A DNA stretch of 64,000 nt from a virus: positions 3,044 to 67,043 of the IMG/VR virus record IMGVR_UViG_3300025413_000002; one strand, written 5' to 3'. Positions 9,599 to 19,612 of the stretch are shown piece by piece. Position 1 is the first letter of the stretch. Each line of letters opens with the position of its first letter. The notes below the pieces were generated by a model. The model was not told where the DNA came from. It ran no database searches and was given only the letters and a program-made list of their open reading frames with translations. Both the position numbers and the translations under genes were made by a program.

Positions 9599-9777
9599 TG
9601 GCTACTAAGAATTGGATTGCTGGCGCTATTAAGAAGCCAGGCGCACTACGTAAAGAATTAGGTGCTAAAGAAGGTAAGACTATTCCAGCTAAGAAGTTAG
9701 CTGCAGCCGCTAAGAAGCCTGGTAAAATAGGCCAACGAGCACGTCTTGCTGAAACCCTAAAAGGAATGAAAAAGTGA
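9598..9777 (+). CDS. 59-aa basic protein (not in ORF track)
   Basis: MATKNWIAGAIKKPGALRKELG...RARLAETLKGMKK; TAATG and GTGA overlaps with neighbours. Confidence 0.75.
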   Translation: MATKNWIAGAIKKPGALRKELGAKEGKTIPAKKLAAAAKKPGKIGQRARLAETLKGMKK

Positions 9778-9992
9778 TTAAAAAATTCTTAACATGGGTA
9801 TTAGATTTATTTAAAAAGCCACAAGAGGAAATCAACCCTTGTACTGAAGTTTGGCCTTTTCCAGTACCAGCAGAAAAGAAGAAACCAGTATTAAAGAAAG
9901 CCACAACCCGTAAGGCTAAACCAGCAGCAAAAAAACCGGCAGTTGTTGCTAAAACTGCTGCTAAAAAGACCGCTAAAAAGAAAGTGAAGTAA
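9774..9992 (+). CDS. Small protein with an H1-like K/A-rich tail
   Basis: KKATTRKAKPAAKKPAVVAKTAAKK; coupled on both sides. Confidence 0.65.
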   Translation: MIKKFLTWVLDLFKKPQEEINPCTEVWPFPVPAEKKKPVLKKATTRKAKPAAKKPAVVAKTAAKKTAKKKVK

Positions 9993-10759
9993 TGACTACT
10001 TCTGGTACCTCGTCATTTAATCTAGATTTATCTGAGATAGTCGAAGAAGCTTTTGAGCGTTGTGGCTCAGAGCTTCGTACTGGTTATGACTTGCGTACTG
10101 CACGCCGTTCTTTAAACCTACTTACTATTGAGTGGGCAAACCGTGGCATTAACCTATGGACCATTGAACAGGGTGTAATACCCATGATTCAGGGAGTAAA
10201 CACATATGATTTACCCATTGACACAATTGACTTATTGGAACACCAAATCCGTACAAACGCTGGTCAGCAAAATAATCAGACCGATATCACCATCAGTCGC
10301 ATCAGTGTATCTACCTACTCTACAATTCCTAATAAGCTAGCCCAAGGGCGCCCTATTCAAGTTTGGATTAACCGCCAAAGCGGTGCACAATATCCATTAC
10401 CAGGACCTAATGGCACAGACCCAGTTACAGGTATTGATGCCCCTAAAATTGTTGTTTGGCCAACACCAGACCAAGGCACTGCTCAAGTCCCTTATTATCA
10501 ATTTGTTTATTGGCGTATGCGCCGTATTCAAGATGCAGGTGGTGGTGTGAATACCCAAGACATCCCTTTCCGCTTTGTTAATTGCATGGTAGCAGGCTTA
10601 GCTTGGTATTTGGCAGCTAAGATACCAACGGTTACTATGGACCGTGCACAAGCCCTAAAAGCTGAATATGAGCAACAGTTCCAATTGGCAGCAGAAGAGG
10701 ATAGAGAAAAGGCGCCGATTAGGTTTATCCCTCGTCAGACTTATTTAGGTAACGGCTAA
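9992..10759 (+). CDS. Putative head-tail adaptor/connector
   Basis: 255 aa, ARRSLNLL..EWANRG N-terminal helices and C-terminal helix typical of adaptors; position in module. Confidence 0.6.
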   Translation: MTTSGTSSFNLDLSEIVEEAFERCGSELRTGYDLRTARRSLNLLTIEWANRGINLWTIEQGVIPMIQGVNTYDLPIDTIDLLEHQIRTNAGQQNNQTDITISRISVSTYSTIPNKLAQGRPIQVWINRQSGAQYPLPGPNGTDPVTGIDAPKIVVWPTPDQGTAQVPYYQFVYWRMRRIQDAGGGVNTQDIPFRFVNCMVAGLAWYLAAKIPTVTMDRAQALKAEYEQQFQLAAEEDREKAPIRFIPRQTYLGNG

Positions 10760-11175
10760 TGACTACGATGTTCGCCTCCGGGCGTTTTGCCATTGCTGAA
10801 TGCGATAGATGTGGCTTTAGATTTAAGCTTAAGCAGTTGAAAAAACTGACTATTAAGACTAAGAATGTTAGTATAAAAGTATGCTCCGAGTGTTGGGAAA
10901 TGGACCAGCCTCAGTTACAATTAGGGATGTACCCCGTGAACGACCCACAGGCTGTACGGGAACCAAGACGAGATAATAGTTATTATCAATCTGGTAATAC
11001 TGGTTTAGATGTATTTGTTAATGGTGGTATAGGTGTTTTAGCCAATGGTACGCCTAGCGGTGGTAGTAGGGTAATTCAATGGTCTTGGAATCCTGTTGGG
11101 CAATCTTATGACTATGGGGAAACCCCAAATAGCTTAGTAGCAGTAACTGCGGTAGGGCAGGTAACAATTAATTAA
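10759..11175 (+). CDS. CxxC-CxxC zinc-binding neck-module protein
   Basis: CDRCG...CSECW, DPQAVREPR. Confidence 0.65.
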   Translation: MTTMFASGRFAIAECDRCGFRFKLKQLKKLTIKTKNVSIKVCSECWEMDQPQLQLGMYPVNDPQAVREPRRDNSYYQSGNTGLDVFVNGGIGVLANGTPSGGSRVIQWSWNPVGQSYDYGETPNSLVAVTAVGQVTIN

Positions 11176-11188
11176 TTAGGAGTAGGAC

Positions 11189-11386
11189 ATGGCAAGAGGC
11201 GATGGTATTGCAAAAAAGGGACACACAGTAGGTAAAAACCTAGGTGATGATGGCCCATCCGCAAAAATTATGAAAGCAAAGAAAAGTCTTGGCGTATCTA
11301 ATGAAGAACGCAAAGCTGACGGTATGAACCGTGCTAAGCTAGTTAATCAGTTTGGTTCTACTGGCCTAAAAGGTAAAGGACGTTAA
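11189..11386 (+). CDS. Small basic protein
   Basis: AGGAG SD, RGDGIAKKG motif. Confidence 0.65.
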   Translation: MARGDGIAKKGHTVGKNLGDDGPSAKIMKAKKSLGVSNEERKADGMNRAKLVNQFGSTGLKGKGR

Positions 11387-11388
11387 TC

Positions 11389-11685
11389 ATGGTTGCTCAA
11401 GTTAAACCTACAAAAAAGAACAGCCCTGCTGTTAAAGTTGGTAGAAACCCTGATAATTTGCCAGCAGATAGCTATGCTAAACCTCATACAATGAGCGGTA
11501 AAGCCGTTGGTAATCAGTTACCTGCTATATCTACAAAATCTGGTAAAGACTTTATGAATGAGTCTAATATTTCTGTTGGTAATGTAAGCAAAGGTAATTA
11601 CCCTGCTGAAAAAACTACAGGTGTTGAAACTCGCGGTAATGGCGCAGCTACTAAAGGCCGCAAAGCATATGGTCCTTTGGCCTAA
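11389..11685 (+). CDS. Small basic protein
   Basis: C-terminal RGNGAATKG motif. Confidence 0.65.
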   Translation: MVAQVKPTKKNSPAVKVGRNPDNLPADSYAKPHTMSGKAVGNQLPAISTKSGKDFMNESNISVGNVSKGNYPAEKTTGVETRGNGAATKGRKAYGPLA

Positions 11686-11697
11686 GGGTAAACCCGA

Positions 11698-12645
11698 ATG
11701 AACTATGTCCAGCTGTATCAAGCTATACAAGACTATAGTGAGAATACTGAACCGCTATTTGTAACAAATATCCCACGCTTTGTTCAAGAGGCAGAAGATA
11801 GGATTTACAACAGTGTTCAGATTCCATCGCTTCGTAAGAACGTTACAGGTAACTGCAGTGCGGGCAACCAATATTTGTCTTTACCAGCTGATTATCTATC
11901 TACCTATTCGATTGCCGTGGTTGATTCTGGTGGTAACTATAACTACCTACTTAACAAAGATGTTAACTTTCTACGAGAAGCCTATCCAGCTACAGTTTTA
12001 ACTAACGGCTCTTATCAGGGTACTCCACAGTCTATTCCTAAGTATTATGCGCTATTTGGTAATCAATATGGCAATCTAGATGCCTTGTCTTTGATTATGG
12101 CTCCTACACCTGATTCAAGCTACCCAGTAGAGATGCATTATTTTTATTATCCAGTTTCTATAGTTCAAGGCGTAATTGCTACAGTTACGATAGCTAACGC
12201 AGGTTCTGGATATACTAACGGCAACTACCAAGATATTGCCTTGACTGGTGGAAATGGGGTTGATGCTACAGCTACAATTACTGTTTCTGGTGGTGTTGTT
12301 ACTTCTGTAGTTCTGGGTAATGGCGGTAGCTTTTATATTGCTGGAGACACCCTAAGCGCAGCTACTAGCGACCTTGGAGGGACTGGTTCAGGTCTTTCTA
12401 TTAATGTAGCCACTGTAAATAACCCCAATGGTGTTAGCTGGCTTGGCGATAATTATGATGCCGTTCTGCTGTATGGTTCTCTACGTGAAGCTATTTTGTT
12501 CATGAAGGGTGAACAGGATATGGTTAGCTATTACGAGAAGATGTACGCAGAAGCTCTTGCGCAGCTTAAACGTCTTGGTGATTCGTTAGAAAGAAATGAC
12601 GCATACCGTAAAGGCCAGACCAGTTTGCCTTATAATCAAGCATGA
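11698..12645 (+). CDS. Putative adaptor (tail tubular protein A-like) with a Gly-rich insertion
   Basis: FVQEAEDRI, LPADYL, PKYYA, APTPD, WLGDNYDAVLLYGSL pattern of podovirus adaptors. Confidence 0.6.
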   Translation: MNYVQLYQAIQDYSENTEPLFVTNIPRFVQEAEDRIYNSVQIPSLRKNVTGNCSAGNQYLSLPADYLSTYSIAVVDSGGNYNYLLNKDVNFLREAYPATVLTNGSYQGTPQSIPKYYALFGNQYGNLDALSLIMAPTPDSSYPVEMHYFYYPVSIVQGVIATVTIANAGSGYTNGNYQDIALTGGNGVDATATITVSGGVVTSVVLGNGGSFYIAGDTLSAATSDLGGTGSGLSINVATVNNPNGVSWLGDNYDAVLLYGSLREAILFMKGEQDMVSYYEKMYAEALAQLKRLGDSLERNDAYRKGQTSLPYNQA

Positions 12646-13271
12646 TAAAAATTAATAGACAAGAAGCTAAAAAACAAGGGTTGCCTACTTGTTATGGTTC
12701 AGTGTGTCTTAAACATCCAGAATTAGAAGGGTTACGTAGGGTATCTGGTGCATGTATAGAGTGTGCTCGTCTAGCATTAAAACAGCGTAGAGTAAATAAA
12801 AAAGATTTAATGCGGGTATATAGTAAAACTGCATACGAAAAACAAAAAGCTGACCCGGTATTGTGGGCAAAAAAACTAGCTGCTGATAAAGAGTACCGAA
12901 AGGCTAATAGGGAAAAAGTGTATGCTATGCAGGCAGAATGGAGCAAACGCAACCCTGAAAAAGTTAAAGCTACAGCAAAACGTAACCGCCAAAATAACAA
13001 AGCTATGCGGAACGCTAATACCGTTAAAAGAAGGCTTTCTAAGCTAAATAGAACCCCAGCATGGCTTACAGATATCGACTATGAGCGTATTCAAAACGAA
13101 TACAAATTAGCCGTATTACTGACAAAAGTCGAGGGAGTACAATGGACGGTAGACCATATCATCCCACTACAAGGTGAATTAGTATCAGGGCTTCATGTGC
13201 CTAGTAATCTACAGGTTATGAGAGCTTCAGAAAATTACTCTAAACGTAATAAATTTGAGGTTACTCTATGA
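12642..13271 (+). CDS. HNH endonuclease (free-standing)
   Basis: RTPAWL...WTVDHIIPLQGELVSGLHVPSNLQVM..ENYSKRN; ATGA overlaps at both ends. Confidence 0.9.
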   Translation: MIKINRQEAKKQGLPTCYGSVCLKHPELEGLRRVSGACIECARLALKQRRVNKKDLMRVYSKTAYEKQKADPVLWAKKLAADKEYRKANREKVYAMQAEWSKRNPEKVKATAKRNRQNNKAMRNANTVKRRLSKLNRTPAWLTDIDYERIQNEYKLAVLLTKVEGVQWTVDHIIPLQGELVSGLHVPSNLQVMRASENYSKRNKFEVTL

Positions 13272-13702
13272 TTTCTCAAGGCCAGTGCAATATATTTAAA
13301 CAAAACTGCCTAAGCGGGTTGGAGAACTTTGCTGCTGGTACAAGCTATACCTATAAGATTGCCCTTTATACATCCTTAGCTAATCTAACCCCAGATACCG
13401 TTGCTTATACTACTACAGGCGAGATTACTGGGTCTGGATACACTGCTGGCGGTAAAGTTTTGACTATTAGCCAAGTACCCACTTATGATGCTTCAAATGA
13501 TACGGCTTATATTAATTTTTCTAACGTAATTTGGAACCCAGCTTCCTTTACTACTAGATGCGCTTTAATATATAATTCAACTACTGGAGCGGCTGTAGCG
13601 GTGTTGGATTTTGGTTCAGATAAGACAAATACAGCAGCAGGTACTTTTACTGTGACTTTTCCAACAGCAACATCAACAACTTCTATTTTAAGGATATCTT
13701 AA
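13268..13702 (+). CDS. Putative fibre/filament subunit
   Basis: KIALYTS...GYTAGGKVL...AVLDFGSDK, a recurring virion protein pattern. Confidence 0.55.
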   Translation: MISQGQCNIFKQNCLSGLENFAAGTSYTYKIALYTSLANLTPDTVAYTTTGEITGSGYTAGGKVLTISQVPTYDASNDTAYINFSNVIWNPASFTTRCALIYNSTTGAAVAVLDFGSDKTNTAAGTFTVTFPTATSTTSILRIS

Positions 13703-13703
13703 C

Positions 13704-14318
13704 ATGAGCATTGAACAATCAAACTTTGGTGACGCTTCTAGCGCATCAGTAACCCGTGGCACACAGCATGATGAGACTTTGGGAATCCAAGGTTGGTACG
13801 ATGTTAAGTGCTACGATGCAGACGGCAATCTAAAATGGGAAGATAAAGCTCCTAACTTAGTTACCGCTGTAGGTAAGCAAGCATTATTTGACTACTACTT
13901 TGGTGCTACTGGCACTGCTGGTGGTACAGCTTCTGGCGCTAACTACTTAGGTCTTTGCGGTGGTACAGCTACTTACACAGCTGCTGACACTATGGCTTCC
14001 CATACTTGGACTGAAGTTGGTGGCACAAATGCTCCAGCGTACACAGGTAACCGTCAATCAATTAACTGGACTGCAGCGACATCCTCTGGTACAACACCAT
14101 CAAACGTGACTACCAAAACAGGCGGCGCTATTACTTTTGCTATGACTAGCTCTGGTACAGTTAATGGCTGCTTTATTAACTCTGGCGCATCTGCTTCTGC
14201 TACTAAAGATACAACTACTGGCGTTTTGTATTCTGCTGGTAACTTTACTGGTGGCTCAAAAACTGTAGCAAACGGCGACTCTTTAGCAGTTACATACAGC
14301 ACTACAGCTACTAGTTAA
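13704..14318 (+). CDS. Putative fibre/filament subunit
   Basis: 204 aa T/G/S-rich; NLVTAVG, WTEV, GVLYSAG, GDSLAVTY. Confidence 0.55.
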   Translation: MSIEQSNFGDASSASVTRGTQHDETLGIQGWYDVKCYDADGNLKWEDKAPNLVTAVGKQALFDYYFGATGTAGGTASGANYLGLCGGTATYTAADTMASHTWTEVGGTNAPAYTGNRQSINWTAATSSGTTPSNVTTKTGGAITFAMTSSGTVNGCFINSGASASATKDTTTGVLYSAGNFTGGSKTVANGDSLAVTYSTTATS

Positions 14319-14331
14319 TTAGGAGCCTAAC

Positions 14332-14883
14332 ATGGCTCTGGCGCTATACGATAGAGTACAGCAAACTGGAACAGCCAATACAACCGTAAGTTTTACTTTA
14401 AGCGGCTCTGTAACTGGCTTCCAGTCTTTTGCCGTTGTTGGAAATACAAATACTACATACTACTCAGCGACTGACCAATCAGGTAATTGGGAAACTGGGC
14501 TAGGTACATACTCAACAACTGGCCCTACCTTAACCAGAACTACGGTATACCAGTCAAGCAATTCAAATGCCGCAGTTACTTTTAGCGGTACAGTTAACGT
14601 ATTTGTAACTTACCCATCTGGGCGGAGTGTGAATCTTGACGCTAGTGGAAATTCTACAGCTTTGGGTACTCCTGTTTCTGGTAACTTAACTAACTGTACA
14701 TTCCCAACGCTTAATCAAAACACTACAGGTACATCTGGTGGTATTGCCGTATCAGGTGGTTGGTCGGTATCTCCATCTGGAACAAAATTAAATTTTATCT
14801 ATAACGGCGTAACAGTAGCTTCTTTAGACTCGTCCGGTAACTTCATTGCTAAAGCAAACGTAACGGCATATGGAACACCGTAA
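14332..14883 (+). CDS. Fibre protein with an N-terminal anchor domain (paralogue of the 17334 N-terminus)
   Basis: MALALYDRVQQT...WETGLGTYSTTGPTLTRTTV...VFVTYPS. Confidence 0.65.
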   Translation: MALALYDRVQQTGTANTTVSFTLSGSVTGFQSFAVVGNTNTTYYSATDQSGNWETGLGTYSTTGPTLTRTTVYQSSNSNAAVTFSGTVNVFVTYPSGRSVNLDASGNSTALGTPVSGNLTNCTFPTLNQNTTGTSGGIAVSGGWSVSPSGTKLNFIYNGVTVASLDSSGNFIAKANVTAYGTP

Positions 14884-15992
14884 TGGCTACATATCTACCC
14901 GGGTCTGGTGCGCTTAGTTTAAACGACATAGATACATTGTTTAGTCTAGGCAAAAATTTAAACAGTTACCGTGGAACAACATACTACACTTCGAGTTCTG
15001 GGCCATTTACTTTTCCAAGTACTTCATCAGCTATTTCTATAAGTTCATTTTACGGAACGGGACCAACGGCAAATAGAGTAGCTATTAGTTATACTTTTGC
15101 TTCAAACACAGCAGACGCATCTTTAAACGTAACATCTATCAGTGGGTATTCTGCAGGTAATAGTGATATCACTATTTATGTTAATAGCGGCGTTTATCTT
15201 TGGGCAAGTTCAACCGGTAATGCTGGATTATCTTTATTGGGGGGTACTTCCGGGGACACGTTAACTTTAGTAAACAACGGTTACATTATAGGTTGCGGAG
15301 GAACAGGCGGAAACGCACTTCTTGTTTCACCGTCTGGGTCTGGTAATAATGGTGGAAACGCACTTTCTATAAGTTTCCCAATTATTATTAATAATACATA
15401 CGCTTCTGCTTATATTGCTGGCGGTGGAGGTGGCGGTGCTGCTGCTGGTCATAGTAGTGGTAAATTTGGAGATATTGCTGCCGGTGACGGTGGCGGCGGC
15501 GCTGGTGGCGGACAGGGGGGAGCTTATGCAAGCTCTGGCGTGACTGGCGGCGCTGGCGGCAGCGTAGGTTCAGTGGGTGGCGACGGTTCAGAAATAATTA
15601 GCGGTAATCTTACTGTAGGTAGCCCTAATTCAGGAAAAGGTGGTGGTGCTGGCGGGGGCGGCTCTGGTATTGGTGCAGCTTCTGGTGGTGGTGGTGGACG
15701 AGTGTTACCAGGTACAGGTGGGGAAGGTGGCCATAGCGGAGGTAATCCAATAGCTGCTGGTACTGGAGGTTCTGGAAATAGCGTTGGTGGAGACTATATT
15801 TCTAGTGGTGGCGGCGGTGGCGGAGGTTGGGGTGCTTCCGGAGGAAATGCTTCTAACGGAAGAAACCAAAGTGGTTCACAAACTTATTACGCAGGAACTC
15901 CGGGTTTGGGTGGAAAAGCGGTTGCGTTAAATGGAAATTCAGTAACATGGGTATCCGGAGATACATCTAGAGTATATGGGGCAATATCATGA
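14883..15992 (+). CDS. Glycine-rich adhesin-like receptor-binding protein
   Basis: Many GGGG runs, LVNNGYIIGCGG, IAGGGGGG, ends RVYGAIS; resembles gp38-like polyglycine adhesins. Confidence 0.65.
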   Translation: MATYLPGSGALSLNDIDTLFSLGKNLNSYRGTTYYTSSSGPFTFPSTSSAISISSFYGTGPTANRVAISYTFASNTADASLNVTSISGYSAGNSDITIYVNSGVYLWASSTGNAGLSLLGGTSGDTLTLVNNGYIIGCGGTGGNALLVSPSGSGNNGGNALSISFPIIINNTYASAYIAGGGGGGAAAGHSSGKFGDIAAGDGGGGAGGGQGGAYASSGVTGGAGGSVGSVGGDGSEIISGNLTVGSPNSGKGGGAGGGGSGIGAASGGGGGRVLPGTGGEGGHSGGNPIAAGTGGSGNSVGGDYISSGGGGGGGWGASGGNASNGRNQSGSQTYYAGTPGLGGKAVALNGNSVTWVSGDTSRVYGAIS

Positions 15993-16606
15993 TAACTATT
16001 ACAATACCTTTTTTACAAACTATGAATGCTTGCGAAGGTGGCATCGAATGGACTAAAAATTGGTTTATTTCTATTAATGTTACAGAGTGTACATATGAAT
16101 ACGGCAGAGAAAATTTAAACGCCTATTGTAAAAATAATCCTGATATTACAGTAGGTTGGATGACTTGGTATGATTCTTTACCAACGAACCCCAAAGCAAT
16201 AATGTATTTTCCAGATTGGAAATATTTAAGTGAATTTAAATTATTAAATATTTTTACTAACGTATACGACACTTTTACAAATTTATCTGATGCTCAAGCA
16301 CAATTAGAAAAAAATAAAACGGAATATATTGATAGTCAAAAAAACAAGTTTTCAGTAAACCAAGACGTTGATAACCCAGACGGTTCTACAACATGGATTC
16401 CTGTTGACCCTTTTACTTTTGACAAAGAAGACGATTACCAAGTATTTGACATTTTTTCTGGACAATATACAATGTGTTCTAATCTAGCAGAAGCGAAAGC
16501 AACACAACGCGCAATAGAAGAAAAACTTTGTAACGCAGTAATGCCACCTATCCAGCAACAAATAGCAAGTGCAGATGGCAACGAAACAGCTTGGATTGAT
16601 ATTTAA
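15989..16606 (+). CDS. Hypothetical protein, possible fibre chaperone
   Basis: 205 aa, AT-rich, coupled to the adhesin gene. Confidence 0.55.
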   Translation: MITITIPFLQTMNACEGGIEWTKNWFISINVTECTYEYGRENLNAYCKNNPDITVGWMTWYDSLPTNPKAIMYFPDWKYLSEFKLLNIFTNVYDTFTNLSDAQAQLEKNKTEYIDSQKNKFSVNQDVDNPDGSTTWIPVDPFTFDKEDDYQVFDIFSGQYTMCSNLAEAKATQRAIEEKLCNAVMPPIQQQIASADGNETAWIDI

Positions 16607-16608
16607 AA

Positions 16609-17325
16609 ATGTTCGGATATGCCGCTTTTGCTCAGCCTGCTTTTGCGGCATTAGGTAGTTCTAATTACGTTTTAAGTATTACAGAAGCGTTTACTGTTGG
16701 TGACGTCCAAGTTGGGGGTATTTTATTTACTGTAACTATAACTGAGCCTCAAACTTTAGCAAATACGCAAACGGTAATACCTACATATGTGGGTTTGGTT
16801 TCAGAAATTTTAACTGCAGCAGATTCAAGCACAGCTACCGTTGCATTTATAAGCACATTAACAGAGCCAATAACTAATTCAGATTCTAGTTTAGTTTTAG
16901 CTAGTTTTGTTTCTTCAGTTTCTGAAAATTTTGTATATGCGGATACGCCAACTGTAGTAAAAACCCAATACGTATCAATTACTGAACCACAAAGTATTGC
17001 GGACGCCGCTTTAGGATTAGCTAGATTTGTAGGGGCTGTTTCAGAGTCAATTTTATCAGATTATGATTCTGAAGCAATAGTAGCAACGTTTATTACATAT
17101 ATTACCGAGGCTTTAACCGTAGCAAACGCTCAAAGTGCTATTTTACAGTTTACTTCCACGGCAACAGAAAACCTTAATTTAGCAGATATAAACAATGCTA
17201 CAGCAGCCTATATTAAAACAACCACAGAAAACATCAATTTATTAGATTCCCCAATAGGCTTTGCTTGGGTTAAAATAGACAACACTGAGGGGACTACTTG
17301 GACCCTTATAGATAATAGACAGTAG
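16609..17325 (+). CDS. 20-aa repeat protein (about 10 repeats)
   Basis: Periodic [IV][TS]E-x4-AD units; Trp-containing C-terminus. Confidence 0.65.
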   Translation: MFGYAAFAQPAFAALGSSNYVLSITEAFTVGDVQVGGILFTVTITEPQTLANTQTVIPTYVGLVSEILTAADSSTATVAFISTLTEPITNSDSSLVLASFVSSVSENFVYADTPTVVKTQYVSITEPQSIADAALGLARFVGAVSESILSDYDSEAIVATFITYITEALTVANAQSAILQFTSTATENLNLADINNATAAYIKTTTENINLLDSPIGFAWVKIDNTEGTTWTLIDNRQ

Positions 17326-17333
17326 AGACCAAT

Positions 17334-19442
17334 ATGGCTTTAGTACTTTTAGACCGTGCGCAGGAAACCGCAACAGCAAATACGACTGTTAGCTTTACCT
17401 TGCTTGGCGCTACTACTGGCTATCAAACCCTAGCGGGCGTTGGCGATACAAACACGACCTATTATGGCGCTACAGACGGTACAAACTGGGAAGCGGGTAT
17501 TGGCACTTATTCCACGACAGGCCCAACCTTAACCCGTACTACAGTTTTATCTTCCTCTGCTGGTGGCACTACTCCTGCTACATTCTCTGGAACCGTTACA
17601 GTCTTTATTGACTACCCATCTAGCAAATCAGTTTATCAAGGCGGCGCATTTCAAGGCACAATCGACAACACAGTCATTGGCGCAACAACCCCAGCCGCTG
17701 GTAAATTTACTACTTTAGAATCAACTGGTACAGCAACATTAGGCGATGCTTCAACTACCTATATTCAAGTTATTGGTGATGCTTCTTATCCTGGCATTTA
17801 CGCTACTGGCGGTACAAATACCCCATTAGTCTTACAACCTTTAGGTACAGGCGCATTACAAGCACAAAAGACTACTTCATCAGCAACAGGCGGTAACGCT
17901 AGGGGTGCTAATGCGGTTGATTGGCAGACTGTTAGAACCAACGCTGGATATGTAGCAAGCGGAGCAAACTCTGTAATTGGTGGCGGGCAAAGTAACCAAA
18001 CAGCAGGAAATTCTGCTGTAGTTGCTGGAGGATTTAACAACACTATTGGCGGGCAAACTGCGGCTGTTATTGCTGGTGGTAGATTAAATTCTGTTAATGG
18101 TGTTTCGGATTATGGGGCTATTCTTGGCGGTTATCAAAATACATCAAGTGGATATTTTAATCTTATTGGTGGTGGCTATTTAAATTCAGGAACATCAGGT
18201 TCAACAGTAACAACTCAAACTACAACAATTGCTGTAAGTGCTGGAACAACACTTTATTTATCTAGCGCCAATGCAAACATTAAAGTTGGTCAGATAATTA
18301 TTGGTACTGGTATTACAAGTTTTTCCTACGCAACATCAACAGTAACTACTGGTACTGCCGCAGTAATGAACACTTCTACCATTAGCGGAACAACGCTTAC
18401 TGTAGGCTCTTTAGCATCAGGCACAATCATTGCTGGTCAGGTCTTAACTGGTACTGGTGTAACTGCTGGTACTTATATCGTTAGTGGTGCTGGTTCTACT
18501 TGGACAGTTTCTACATCACAGTCAGTAAGTTCTACAACAATTACTGGCACAGCTTATACATTCACAATCAGTCAAAATGCTACAACTGCCGCTGGTGTTA
18601 CTTTATCTTTCTACACACCTCATGGAGTAGTAGTCGGTGGTGGTAATAACCAAGCAACAGGCGCATATAGCTTTATTGGTGGCGGTGGTGATGCTGGTAC
18701 TGCATCTAAAAGAAATTTAGCTAGCGGTGACTGGAGTTTTATTGGGGGTGGGCAAGCTAATACTGCATCTGGTGGTGGGTCTAGTGTTTTGGGTGGCGGA
18801 TATGATTCAACTTCAAATGTCACATACCCAAATACAGCTTCTGGTTCTATGTCAACAATTGTTGGCGGTGGTCAAAACACTTCATCCGATTTTGCTTCTG
18901 CAACTATAGGGTCTTACGCTGGCACAGCAAATGCTAGGGTATCTGTAGTTGCTGGCGGATATTATGGAACATCAAGAAGTATTGTTGGTAACTTTGTTAT
19001 GTCAGCAAGTAGGCAGCCAGTATCAGGTTCTTCTGGTGTATCACAAGCCGCATTATTAATTCTTGGCAGACAAACCACAGACGCAACTGCTACAGTTTTA
19101 ACAAGCGATACATCAGCTGCATCAGGAACAAACCAAGTAATTCTACCTAACAACTCTGCTTATTACTTTAAAGCTAGAGTAATTGCTGGTGTAACTGGTG
19201 CAGGAAATACAAAGGCTTGGACACTAGAAGGTGCTATTAAGCGTGGTGCTGGTGTAGGTACAACTGCTATAGTTGGAACAGTAACGACTACAGTAGTGGC
19301 GGCAGACGCTGGCGCAAGTACTTGGACAGTCACAGCCACAGCCGACACAACCAATGGTGGATTAGCAATAACAGTAACAGGACAAGCGGCAACAACAATA
19401 AGATGGGTTGCCAAAGCTGAAACAGCAGAAATGACATTCTAA
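17334..19442 (+). CDS. Tail fibre / receptor-binding protein
   Basis: Anchor domain followed by repeated xIGGGxxN beta-roll units and a C-terminal IRWVA domain. Confidence 0.75.
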   Translation: MALVLLDRAQETATANTTVSFTLLGATTGYQTLAGVGDTNTTYYGATDGTNWEAGIGTYSTTGPTLTRTTVLSSSAGGTTPATFSGTVTVFIDYPSSKSVYQGGAFQGTIDNTVIGATTPAAGKFTTLESTGTATLGDASTTYIQVIGDASYPGIYATGGTNTPLVLQPLGTGALQAQKTTSSATGGNARGANAVDWQTVRTNAGYVASGANSVIGGGQSNQTAGNSAVVAGGFNNTIGGQTAAVIAGGRLNSVNGVSDYGAILGGYQNTSSGYFNLIGGGYLNSGTSGSTVTTQTTTIAVSAGTTLYLSSANANIKVGQIIIGTGITSFSYATSTVTTGTAAVMNTSTISGTTLTVGSLASGTIIAGQVLTGTGVTAGTYIVSGAGSTWTVSTSQSVSSTTITGTAYTFTISQNATTAAGVTLSFYTPHGVVVGGGNNQATGAYSFIGGGGDAGTASKRNLASGDWSFIGGGQANTASGGGSSVLGGGYDSTSNVTYPNTASGSMSTIVGGGQNTSSDFASATIGSYAGTANARVSVVAGGYYGTSRSIVGNFVMSASRQPVSGSSGVSQAALLILGRQTTDATATVLTSDTSAASGTNQVILPNNSAYYFKARVIAGVTGAGNTKAWTLEGAIKRGAGVGTTAIVGTVTTTVVAADAGASTWTVTATADTTNGGLAITVTGQAATTIRWVAKAETAEMTF

Positions 19443-19462
19443 TTTTTTAAGGAGCAAGAGAA

Positions 19463-19612
19463 ATGATTCCATACAAACAAGCACTACAAGAAATAGCCGA
19501 TGAGATTAACAAGTCTTTGGCAGAAATGCCTGATGATGAAACAAGACAATTAGTTTTAGATTCTTTTAGCAAACAAATGTTTTGCGACACAAGAAAAACA
19601 CAAGAGAAATGA
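19463..19612 (+). CDS. 49-aa hypothetical protein (not in ORF track)
   Basis: AAGGAG SD; MIPYKQALQEIADEINKS...; stop overlaps the next ATG. Confidence 0.55.
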   Translation: MIPYKQALQEIADEINKSLAEMPDDETRQLVLDSFSKQMFCDTRKTQEK

